DNA of 64,000 bases from Stenotrophomonas sp. GTDB taxonomy: Bacteria; Pseudomonadota; Gammaproteobacteria; Xanthomonadales; Xanthomonadaceae. Below, piece by piece: positions 27,361 through 40,200 of this stretch. The first letter of the stretch is position 1, and each line of letters opens with the position of its first letter. The position numbers and the translations under genes are program-made. The stretch lies in assembly GCA_032112995.1 (NCBI GenBank), contig DAMCTY010000004.1, positions 27,335 through 91,334 of the forward strand. The letters run 5' to 3'. The notes under the pieces were generated by a model, which saw only the letters and a list, made by a program, of their open reading frames with translations, searched no databases and was not told where the DNA came from.

Positions 27361-27702
27361 TGTAGTGCCGAGCCATGTTCGGCAAGTGGCTCGCCCGGTA
27401 ATGCCCCAGCCGAGCGTGGCTCGGCTCTACGAACAACAAGCAGCTGCACCTTGTAGTGCCGAGCCATGCTCGGCATGCGGCTTGCCCGGTAATGCCCAGC
27501 CGAGCGTGGCTCGTCTCTACCAATAACAAGCAGCTGCACCTTGTAGTGCCGAGCCATGCTCGGCATGCGGCGTGCCCGGTACTGCCCCAGCCGAGCGTGG
27601 CTCGGCTCTACCAAAAAAAATAGCTGCAGCCTTGTAGTGCCGAGCCATGCTCGGCAAGCGGCTTGCCCGGTACTGCCCCCGCCGAGCATGGCTCGGCGCT
27701 AC
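27361..27702. repeat. tandem array of 4 compound palindromic REP units (GTAG...CTAC ends; SMAG-like)
   Basis: Units start at 27361, 27452, 27542 and 27633 (period 90-91 nt). Each unit has hairpin A, TGTAGTGCCGAGCCATGCTCGGCA, a ~22-nt spacer, and hairpin B, AGCCGAGCGTGGCTCGGCTCTAC. Units are separated by ~20-nt A-rich linkers. Confidence 0.9.
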
Positions 27703-27795
27703 AGCCGGGGTCGTGCAAACCTGAACCGGGTGCTGGGCCGCCACTGACCCTGTGGCGGTCGGTCGGCGCGGGCCGTCAGCAGGTAAACTACGCCG

Positions 27796-29598
<1,803 letters not shown>

Positions 29599-29622
29599 AC
29601 GCCCTGTCCGCACACAGGCCGC

Positions 29623-31260
29623 TTACCAGCGTGCGCTGATGCGGAAGTCGGCGCGTACGTTGTCCTGATCCTTCAGCACCTTGTCCAAAGGATGCCCAAG
29701 ATCCAGGCTGTAACTGTAACGCTTGGCGAACTGGCCGTTCAGGCCCATGCCCACGCTGCTCAGGCTGGCAGATGCCGGGAAATCGCCATGCACCTGACCG
29801 CGGTCATAGAACACGTAGACATCATGCGCCTGCCGATAAGGCCGGTGCAGTTCCACACTGCCGTAGTAGCCGCGTACGCCGGACAGGGCACCACGCACGT
29901 AACCACGAACGCTGCCAATGCCACCCACCTGGAACAGGTTGCCCGAAGGCAGGAAATCGCCGTTGCTCAGCTGCCAACCCAACTGCGCACGATACAGGAA
30001 CCCGCTGGCCCCCAAGCGCTGGGTCCAACCGGTTGTGCCGTTGGCGACTGTGAAGCTACGCCCCTGCTTCAGGGCTTCATCTGTACGTATCCGCGAAATG
30101 CCCTGGTAGAACGTCCAATCGTAGCCATCATTGCGATAGCCCGTGTTGACGCCAACCGTGGCGACCGTGGAGTTTGTTTCCGACACGCGGACGTCCGCGA
30201 TGTCCGAGGTGGAATTGCTGCGCGAGATGCTGGCCACCGTGGACAGCAACCAGTTCTGGGTGGCGACCCAAGGCTGGGTATAGTCCAGGCCGTAGTTGGT
30301 TGATTCCCCGGTGATGTCGAGATCGCGGTATGCGCCATCGATGATGTTGATCTGGTTGCGGGAAACACTTACGCCCAAGCGTCCGTTGCGCTTGTTGACG
30401 ATGCCCGAGTACGCCACCCGTCCTTCCAGGCCGCCGCGCGAATAGGCTACCGAGCCGGACAGAAGGTCGTTGAGCCCTGCCAGGCCCCAGAACTGTCCCT
30501 GCACGCCAAAGCGCTCACGACCTGTGCTTTCCACGCCTGAGTTGTCAACGAAAACACCCCAGTTGTGGCGGTCGGGGGACCGCGCCATCAGCACGATATC
30601 GGTCTGCCCCGCAGCCTCGCCCGGCCGCAGCAATGCACGCACCTGCATGTCGCTGGTGCGGTTCAGGTATACCAGATCGTCGCGCAGTTGGTCTGCCTGC
30701 ACCACACCGCCGGCTTCCTGCTTGACACGCCGCAGCACAAACCGCTCTGGAACCCTACCCTCGCCCTCCCCGGTCACCAGCAATCTGCCAAGGCGCCCCT
30801 CCAGCAGGGTGACCACCACGGTACCCCCGGATAGATCCTGCTGCCGCAGAAGTGCTTTGGCAGTAGTCACGCCCTTGGCCTGGTAGGCCGCATTCACCTC
30901 CCCCACCAGCGCATCCAGCTCGGCCATGCTTACCTGCCGCCCCGCGTAATGGCTACGCACAAGCGCCAGCGTCTGCGTATCCAACAGTTCTGACGTCGGC
31001 TCGAAGCGCACGTCCTGAAGGAGGAAGCTCACACCCTCCGCCTTGGCATCGGCCGCCGGTGCCTCCTGCGGCACCGCCTGCAGCGGATCGATGACCGGCT
31101 TGCTCGGTTGCAACGGCTGGCGCTGCTCGTAGTAATCATCGATGCGCTGCGTGGTCTGCCCGCCATCGGTCGGAACCGATTGGGCCATGGCCATGCAGGG
31201 CAGCAGCGCGCCGCCGATCAGAAGCAGGCTTCGATACATCTTCAAATCCCCATGTTTCAT
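29623..31260 (-). CDS. ShlB/FhaC/HecB-type two-partner-secretion outer-membrane transporter (TpsB)
   Basis: Signal peptide (MYRSLLLIGGALLPCMAMAQ), POTRA-like region (LLQDVRFEPTSELL..., VVVTLLEGRLGRLLVTG), and a beta-barrel with the L6 motif FQVGGIGSVRGY and a terminal ...RISARW. The ATG at 31260 overlaps the TpsA stop (TGATG). The ATG at 31239 is an alternative; the track start at 31263 is TTG. Confidence 0.9.
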   Translation of the reverse strand: MKHGDLKMYRSLLLIGGALLPCMAMAQSVPTDGGQTTQRIDDYYEQRQPLQPSKPVIDPLQAVPQEAPAADAKAEGVSFLLQDVRFEPTSELLDTQTLALVRSHYAGRQVSMAELDALVGEVNAAYQAKGVTTAKALLRQQDLSGGTVVVTLLEGRLGRLLVTGEGEGRVPERFVLRRVKQEAGGVVQADQLRDDLVYLNRTSDMQVRALLRPGEAAGQTDIVLMARSPDRHNWGVFVDNSGVESTGRERFGVQGQFWGLAGLNDLLSGSVAYSRGGLEGRVAYSGIVNKRNGRLGVSVSRNQINIIDGAYRDLDITGESTNYGLDYTQPWVATQNWLLSTVASISRSNSTSDIADVRVSETNSTVATVGVNTGYRNDGYDWTFYQGISRIRTDEALKQGRSFTVANGTTGWTQRLGASGFLYRAQLGWQLSNGDFLPSGNLFQVGGIGSVRGYVRGALSGVRGYYGSVELHRPYRQAHDVYVFYDRGQVHGDFPASASLSSVGMGLNGQFAKRYSYSLDLGHPLDKVLKDQDNVRADFRISARW

Positions 31261-34200
31261 CAATTGGGTGCCCCCAGGTTGAGCGCATCCCTGTCCGACG
31301 TGATGACGTCCCCACCGAGGTCGATATCCAGACGCAATTCGGGCGACCGGTCTTCGTAGGCGGGGTCAAGTTGCAACATGCGCCCCATGTAACGCAGGGC
31401 GGCTTCACCGAGATAATTCATGTTGCTGTCGATGTGCTGGTTGTTGTAGTTCGGGCTTGTGATTCGGAACCCATCGTTGAAGCGAACGACGTAGGCATCG
31501 GTATCGAGGTACACACCATCTGCCGACAGGCGGAAGTTGCGGCTGGGCTGCATCAACTGCACATCGTATGGGCGCAACAGCGGGCTGTTGTTGTCCATCA
31601 ACAACTGCATCTGCGGCGTCCGCAGCGTCATGGTGTTTCCGATGTAGCCATTACCAACAGCAACCTTGCCTGCACTCGATGCCAGGTAGGCATCCACCGC
31701 GCCGAGCTGGTCGATCAGCCACGCATCGCGGGGATCAACCTCGACAATCACCTTCCGCGCTACGCCATTGTGATAGCCCGTCAACGTGGTCGTCAGCGGC
31801 CCCGTGCCGTTGGACGACTGCGCCACCTTGGCATCAATCATGTCGGCGGCCAGGCTCAGGCGGGTAGCAACGACGCCTTGCGACAGGCTCAGCTGATCGC
31901 GTGCGGCCAAGCTACCCGATGCGGCCGTCAGCAAACCACCCGTGAGCGATCCGCCCTGTGCATCCATGCTGGCAATCGTGCCAGCCTGCACCCGGTCAAA
32001 CACAATGCTGCCGCCGGAGATGATGGACTGCACTCCACCACTGTGGCCGTCTCCCACAGAAACGTCACTACCGGCCACCAGATCAACATCGCGACCGGCC
32101 ACATAGGCGCCCCAAGCCTGCTTGGCGCCACTGTTACCCACGATATCGACACCAGCGGTTGCGCTGCCGATGTCGATGGCGCCAGCCGCGCCGACCTGCA
32201 ACGAATCACCTGCGTTGGCCGTACCGCCGACCACATCGCTGCCACGGGAGGTCAAAGCCAGGTTGTTGCCTGCCTGTAGCGTATTGAATACAAGCGCGGC
32301 AGTAGATGCCATCTCGACATTGCAACCTGCCATCAACGCGCCGATGGCAATCGTGCCGCCAGCATCGCCGGTGAAGTTGCAGCCTGCCGTTACCTCATCG
32401 GCCTTCAGGTCCTTGCCGGCCACCCAATTGCCATTGGTCCCGATATGCGCCGTGCCCACATCGATGCTCTGGTGCGCATGCAAATTCATGGCGCCAGCGG
32501 TCGATGCCCGGATCATCGTCACGTTGCCGCCGGCCGTGGCCGACAGATCCCCTTCACCGTCGAAGGTGGTCACCGTGGTGTTACCAGCACTGGTCAGCAC
32601 GCTGTTGCCGGTCACGGTCAGCGTGTTGGCGGTCAGGTTATTGCCGGCATTCACCGCCAGCGCCTTGCCAACCACCGCCGTGCCCAGCACCACGTCCGAC
32701 TGTCCATCCAGCGTGGCGTTGCCGGTGACGTTGGCAGTAGCGATGGACAGCGTGTCCACCGCATCGGCCACCAGGTCGCTGCCAGCGCTGAGCTGCTGCA
32801 CATCCAGCGTGCTGCCCGAGGACAGCGTCATGCTGCTGCCGCTGTGCAACGTCGTGGCGGCCAGCGCCGCAGCCGACGTCACATCCAGCGTGCCCTGCGC
32901 CGACAGGCGGCCCAGCGTGCTGCTGCCCGTGCTGGCCAGGGTGGCGTTGCCGCCGACCGTGCCATCGTCCAGCTGCAGGTTGCCACCGGCCCTCAGCGCG
33001 GCGTTGCCATCCACCAGTGCAGTGGTCACGGCCATGTCACTGCCGCTGTCCAGCGAGGCGTTGCCGCCCACGTCCAGCGTATCCACCGTCATCGTCGTGC
33101 CAGCGGTTGCCGTGGCATCGCCGATAACTGCCAACGAGCCGATGGTGCTGCTGCCGGTGCTGGCCAGGGTGGCGTTGCCGCCGACCGTGCCGTCATCCAG
33201 CTGCAGGTTGCCGCCGGCCCTCAGCGCGGCGTTGCCATCCACCAGTGCAGTGGTCACGGCCATGTCACTGCCGCTGTCCAGCGAGGCGTTGCCGCCCACG
33301 TCCAGCGTATCCACCGTCATCGTCGTGCCAGCGGTTGCCGTGGTATCGCCGATAACTGCCAACGAGCCGATGGTGCTGCTTCCGGTGCTGGCCAAGGTGG
33401 CGTTGCCGCCGACCGTGCCGTCATCCAACTGCAGGTTGCCGCCGGCCGTGGTCGACAGGTCCCCTTCACCGTCAAAGGTGGTCACCGTGTTGTTGCCAGC
33501 ACTGGTCAGCACGCTGTTGCCGGTCACGGTCAGCGTGTTGGCGGTCAGGTTATTGCCCGCATTCACGGCCAGCGCCTTGCCGACCACCGCCGTGCCCAGC
33601 ACCACGTCCGACTGCCCGTCCAGCGTGGCATTGCCGGTGACGTTGGCAGTAGCGATGGACAGCGTGTCCACCGCATCGGCCACCAGGTCGCTGCCAGCGC
33701 TGAGCTGCTGCACATCCAGCGTGCTGCCCGAGGACAGCGTCATGCTGCTGCCGCTGTGCAACGTCGTGGCGGCCAGCGCCGCAGCCGAGGTCACGTCCAG
33801 CGTGCCCTGTGCCGACAGGCGGCCCAGCGTGCTGCTGCCCGCGCTGGCCAGGGTAGCGTTGCCGCCCACCGTGCCATCGTCCAGCTGCAGGTTGCCACCG
33901 GCCTTCAGCGCGGCGTTACCATCCACCAGTGCAGTGGTCACGGTCATGTCACTGCCGCTGTCCAGCGAGGCGTTGCCGCCCACGTCCAGCGTATCCACCG
34001 TCATCGTCGTGCCAGCGGTTGCCGTGGCATCGCCGATAACTGCCAACGAGCCGATGGTGCTGCTGCCGGTGCTGGCCAGGGTGGCGTTGCCGCCTACCGT
34101 GCCGTCATCCAGCTGCAGGTTGCCGCCGGCCGTGGCCGACAGATCCCCATCACCATCGAAGGTGGTCACCGCGGTGTTGCCAGCACTGGTCAGCACGCTG

Positions 34201-37200
34201 TTGCCGGTCACGGTCAGCGTGTTGGCGGTCAGGTTATTACCGGCATTCACCGCCAGCGCCTTGCCGACCACCGCCGTGCCCAGCACCACGTCCGACTGCC
34301 CGTCCAGCGTGGCATTGCCGGTGACGTTGGCAGTAGCGATGGACAGCGTGTCCACCGCATCGGCCACCAGGTCGCTGCCAGCGCTGAGCTGCTGCACATC
34401 CAGCGTGCTGCCCGAGGACAGCGTCATGCTGCTGCCGCTGTGCAACGTCGTGGCGGCCAGCGCCGCAACCGACGTCACGTCCAGCGTGCCCTGCGCCGAC
34501 AGGCGGCCCAGTGTGCTGCCGCCGGTGCTGGCCAAGGTGGCGTTGCCGCCTACCGTGCCGTCGTCGAGCTGCAGGTTGCCACCGGCTTTCAGCGCGGCAT
34601 TGCCATCCACCAGTGCGGTGGTCACGGCCATGTCACTGCCGCTGTCCAGCGAAGCATTGCCGCCCACGTCCAGCGTATCCACCATCATCGTCGTGCCAGC
34701 GGTTGCCGTGGCATCGCCGAGCACTGCCAACGAGCCGATGGTGCTGCTGCCGGTGCTGGCCAAGGTGGCGTTGCCGCCCACCGTGCCATCGTTCAGCTGC
34801 AGGTTGCCGCCGGCCCGCAGCGCGGCGTTGCCATCCACCAGTGCGGTGGTCACGGTCATGTCATTGCCGCTGTCCAGCGCGGCGTTGCCGCCCACGTCCA
34901 GCGTATCCACTGTCATCGTCGCGCCAGCGGTTGCCGAGGCATCGCCGAGCACGGCCAACGAGCCGATGGTGCTGCTGCCCGTGCTGGCCAGGGTGGCGTT
35001 GCCGCCCACCGTGGCATCGTCCAGCTGCAGGTTGCCGCCGGCCGTGGCCGACAGATCCCCTTCACCGTCAAAGGTAGTCACCGTGGTGTTACCAGCACTG
35101 GTCAGCACGCTGTTGCCGGTCACGCTCAGCGTGTTGGCGGTCAGGTTATTGCCGGCATTCACCGCCAGCGCCTTGCCGACCATCGCCGTGCCCAGCACCA
35201 CGTCCTGCTGCCCGTCCAGCGTGGCATTGCCGGTGACGTTGGCAGTAGCGATGGACAGCGTGTCCACCGCATCGGCCACCAGGTCGCTGCCAGCGCTGAG
35301 CTGCTGCACATCCAGCGTGCTGCCCGAGGACAGCGTCATGCTGCTGCCGCTGTGCAACGTCGTGGCGGCCAGCGCCGCAGCCGACGTCACGTCCAGCGTG
35401 CCCTGTGCCGACAGGCGGCCCAGCGTGCTGCTGCCGGTGCTGGCCAAGGTGGCGTTGCCGCCCACCGTGCCGTCATCCAACTGCAGGTTGCCGCCGGCCG
35501 TGGCCGACAGATCCCCATCACCGTCGAAGGTGATCACCGTGGTGTTGCCAGCACTGGTCAGCACGCTGTTGCCGGTCACGGTCAGCGCGTTGGCGGTCAG
35601 GTCATTGCCGGCATTCACCGCCAGCGCCTTGCCAACCACCGCCGTGCCCAGCACCACGTCCGACTGTCCATCCAGCGTGGCGTTGCCGGTGACGTTGGCA
35701 GTAGCGATGGACAGCGTGTCCACCGCATCGGCCACCAGGTCGCTGCCAGCGCTGAGCTGCTGCACATCCAGCGTGCTGCCCGAGGACAGCGTCATGCTGC
35801 TGCCGCTGTGCAACGTAGTGGCGGCCAGCGCCGCAGCCGACGTCACGTCCAGCGTGCCCTGCGCCGACAGGCGGCCCAGCGTGCTGCTGCCCGTGCTTGC
35901 CAGGGTAGCGTTGCCGCCCACCGTGCCATCGTTCAGCTGCAGGTTGCCACCGGCCTTCAGCGCGGCGTTGTCATCCACCAGTGCAGTGGTCACGGTCATG
36001 TCACTGCCGCTGTCCAGCGAGGCGTTGCCGCCCACGTCCAGCGTATCCACCGTCATCGTCGTGCCAGCGGTTGCCGTGGCATCACCGATAACTGCCAACG
36101 AGCCGATGGTGCTGCTGCCCGTACTGGCCAGGGTGGCGTCGCCGCCCACCGTGGCATCGTCCATCTGCAGGTTGCCACCGGCCGTGGCCGACAGATCCCC
36201 TTCACCGTCGAAGGTGATCACCGTGGTGTTGCCAGCACTGGTCAGCACGCTGTTGCCGGTCACCGTCAGCGTGTTGGCGGTCAGGTTACTGCCGGCATTC
36301 ACCGCCAGCGCCTTGCCGACCACCGCCGTGCCCAGCACCACGTCCGACTGTCCATCCAGCGTGGCGTTGCCGGTGACGTTGGCAGTAGCGATGGACAGCG
36401 TGTCCACCGCATCGGCCACCAGGTCGCTGCCAGCGCTGAGCTGCTGCACATCCAGCGTGCTGCCCGAGGACAGCGTCATGCTGCTGCCGCTGTGCAACGT
36501 AGTGGCGGCCAGCGCCGCAGCCGACGTCACGTCCAGCGTGCCCTGCGCCGACAGGCGGCCCAGCGTGCTGCTGCCCGTGCTTGCCAGGGTAGCGTTGCCG
36601 CCCACCGTGCCATCGTTCAGCTGCAGGTCGCCACCGGCCTTCAGCGCGGCGTCGCCGCCCACATCCAGCGTATCCACCGTCATCCTCGCGCCAGCGGTCG
36701 CCGTGGCATCGCCGAGCACAGCCAACGAGCCGATGGTGCTGCTGCCGATGCTGGCCAGGACGGCGTTACCGCCTACTGTGCCGTCATCCAGATGCAGGTT
36801 GCCACCGGCCGTCAGCGAGGCGTTGCCGCCCACGTCCAGCGTATCCACCATCATCGTCGTGCCAGCGGTTGCCGTGGCATCGCCGAGCACGGCCAACGAG
36901 CCGATGGTGCTGGCGCCCGTACTGGTAAGGGTAGCGTTGCCGCCTACCACAATCGTATCGGCATCCAAGTCAGCTGTCGTTGTCACCGACAGATCGCCAC
37001 CACTGGTAATGTGGCCTGCCTGCAACGAAACGGCATCTACGACCGCATCTGCACCCGAGATCAACTCGTCGGCGACCAGATTGCCCGAGCTGGACAGAAC
37101 AAGATCTCCCGCCAAGGCATCCAACGTGCTGATGTCTGCACCATTCGGGAAGCTCAGGTAAATGCCGCCAGCGGCGCTGCGCACCAACGCCAACCTCCCA

Positions 37201-40200
37201 ACATCCACGACGACAGGATCGCTGACCAGGCCTACGCCGTTGCCCGCCAACATCTGCGCGCTGACATTGGCACCTCCGGCCACGTTCACCACCGCATCGC
37301 CGTTGCCACGAATGGCGCCAGCTGCATTCAGATCAAGTTGATTGCCCGCTTCACTGCCGCTGACGGCAAGTCGGCCAATGGCAATATCCTTGCCCGACCG
37401 AATCGACACGATCTTGCCAGCGGTGAGGCTGCTCCCGGCCCCCATTGCGTAGTCACCGGCATCAATCAAAACCTGGCTACCCGCTTCCACTACTGCCCCG
37501 GCTCCAATATGGGCAGCCTGCACGGAAAGCAGGCGCAGCACCTCATCCACCTGCGCAGAGCCAAGGCTCAGCTTCTTGCCTGCATTCAGCTGCGCTGACG
37601 CAGCGCGCGTGATCTCACCAACCGCAACATCCCCGTTGGGGGCGCTTACGCTCAAATCGCCAACAGCATCAACCGTTGCGATGTCGACGCCGGTGTATCC
37701 AGTAACGGTGACATCGTCACCCCCTTCAAGCACATCCGCCGTCACTCGGCCCAGGCTGGAGAGCAAACGCAGCTCGCCCCCGGCGGTGATGGTACCGATG
37801 GGCATGTCCGTCTTGCTCGACAACAGCACGCTGCCACCGGCATCAGCCGACAATTGGCCACCGGCGATGATGCGCACGGCAAGGCTTTCACCATTGCTGG
37901 ACTCGTCCCGGATATCACCACTGACCGTCAGCTGGATATCGCGACCGGTGAGGACCGCCACGTCCTTCAGGTAGGAAAGAAGGCCACCGCCCGCAACCGT
38001 CAACACCAGATCCTGGTTGGCATTGACCAGGCCGACACGCAAGTCACCCGCAACCTGCTCAAGCCTTGCATGGTCACCCGCATTTGCAAGCAACAGTGTT
38101 CCATTCACCTGCACACGCAATGGCTGCGTGTCGGTACCGGTGATGCTGCGCAATGCCGAAATGCTGAGGTCCTTGCCGACGCGCAGCGTCGTAGCCGTGT
38201 TACCCGCGACATCGGTGATATTCCCATCGCTGCCGATACGCGCCGACCCGCCGCTACTGAAATGCTTGAATGCCAACGATGAGATCCCGTAAAGGAACGC
38301 ATCCCTGCCAATCGTCGCATCAACACTTCCCTTGGCGTCGATGACCAGCGGCGAATTACTGTTGATCCGCAGCCTGTCAACCGCTGCACCATCACGAACC
38401 TGCTGTGCAGTCAGCACCTTGCCTGTGGCATCGAGCATTTCGACATCACCGGGCGTCGTTGCCAGGCGCATGGCCAGCGCGGTCTCGTCGCTGACATTTC
38501 CATTTTTCAGATCGGCCAGGCTGACGGTGTACTGCTTTTCAAGACGCCCCAGATCCTTGCTCGCGATCAGCGTGATATCGCGTCCCAATACCACGGGATC
38601 CATATTGAGTGCTGACCCGGCGGAAGGCTCCAATGCATTTGCATTGAATATATGCCGCAGCTGATCTTCGTCCCAGTAGGAATCCGTAGCCAGCCCAGCC
38701 AGTATCTGCGCCCTGCGTGCATCTGCAGGACTATTGGAAATATCCGTCAGGCTGTAGCGGTAGTCCTTGTCGTATGACGCAAACGCACCTTCCTGGGCCC
38801 AGTCGCTGCCAAACGCGTCAACGAACACGGCTTCCAGCCGGGCGTAGCGGGCCGCGAGATAGCTCACAACCCCTGCATCATCCAGGCTGCGCCCAGCATC
38901 CATCTCCGCCAGCGAACGGAACAGCGCAATGCCATTCGCACCAGGAACGTAACTGCCGTTGACCACGCCACCCAGTGCCTTCAACTGGTAGTACTCGGCG
39001 TAGCCGGCATCCACCTGGTTCTGATAACTCAAGATGGACTGCTGATCGGCACCTTGGCCCTTGAACAGTTTGAGGTTGTCACGCAGACCCGCCAGTTGGT
39101 CTTCCGAGAGGAAGCTCACATCACCACGCAGCGCCGCATTGAATATGGAGCCTGACGATGCCTGCAACAGTACGTTGCCGGTGGCGGATTCGACCCGGTT
39201 CACCCAGAAATCGCCCGCCGTGTCGTGCAGCCCGATATTGCCATTGGCATACGCCGTGACCAGCCCACCTTCTATCGAAGCATCATTACGCAGGGTTTCC
39301 ACCGCGCGAATCGTCATCACCGAACTGCCGTTGCCGCCGATGGCACCGTTTGCGCTGCGCAGGTCGATATTGCGGCCAACAATCGCCGTACCGGTAGCGA
39401 AGGCACTTGTGATGTTGCCGCGGGCATGCAACCACACGTCGCCAATCCTGCTGCCACGCTGTGCGTTGAGCGACACCTTGGCATCAGAGTCGACATTCAG
39501 CGCGATATCGCCCCCTGCGCTGGCAATGATGTTCCCTGCGGCAACGGTCTTACCCTTGTTGTCCAGATAAGAAACTATCTGGATATCCAGCGGGCTGCTG
39601 CCCACATCCGGCTTGGTCCCGGCAATGGTGCCTATGGTCCGGCCAGCGGACAGGCTCAGCTCGTTGGTAATGATCCTGGCGAATGGCGACGTGCTTTCGA
39701 TATCACCATTGACACTGGTCAGGAACGTCTTTCCGTCGGTGTTCTTCAACACACCGTTGATACGGATCGTCTCACCCGAATCCACGTCCAACAGACCGGC
39801 ATCATTGGTCTTGAACTGGATGGCGATTGGGTTGTCAGCCTTGGCCCTGTTGCTGACAACAAGCGTCCCTGACGTCGGAAATTCGAGATCCCAGTAGGTT
39901 CGCCATGTGCCACCGTCGTCGAACTGGTTCTTCGACGGGAATCCATAGTTGTACCTGCAGCCGTTGCTGTTCTTGCCGCCTTCGCAACGGTAGTTCACCC
40001 CCCAACCAGATCTCCGGGTGTCAAAACTGCCCCTGGTTACCGTCGATTCAAAAACCTTTCCACCAAGGCTGCTGCCGGTACTCGAATATGTCACGCCTGA
40101 CGTTTGCCACTGCTGGCCGTTCTCTACAACCCTTCCGCCAGCATCGATCCAATACCAGTTATCCGCGGTGCCAACACCCTTGTCGTTGAAGGTGACATTC

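Noticed and set aside
27361-27702. Regularly spaced ~90-nt repeats that could be taken for a CRISPR array.
   Set aside because: The 'spacers' are themselves conserved between units. Each unit is a double palindrome with GTAG/CTAC ends, typical of REP/SMAG elements. There are only 4 units, and no cas genes or leader are in the window.
32122-37598. Two enormous plus-strand ORFs (32122..37161, 1,679 aa; 32445..37598, 1,717 aa) antisense to the tpsA cassette array.
   Set aside because: They are shadow frames kept open by the stop-poor, GC-rich, highly repetitive sense sequence. Their products are Ser/Pro/Ala/Val or Arg/Gln/Gly/His monotony with no motifs. The minus frame carries the TPS domain and continues uninterrupted for 20.8 kb.
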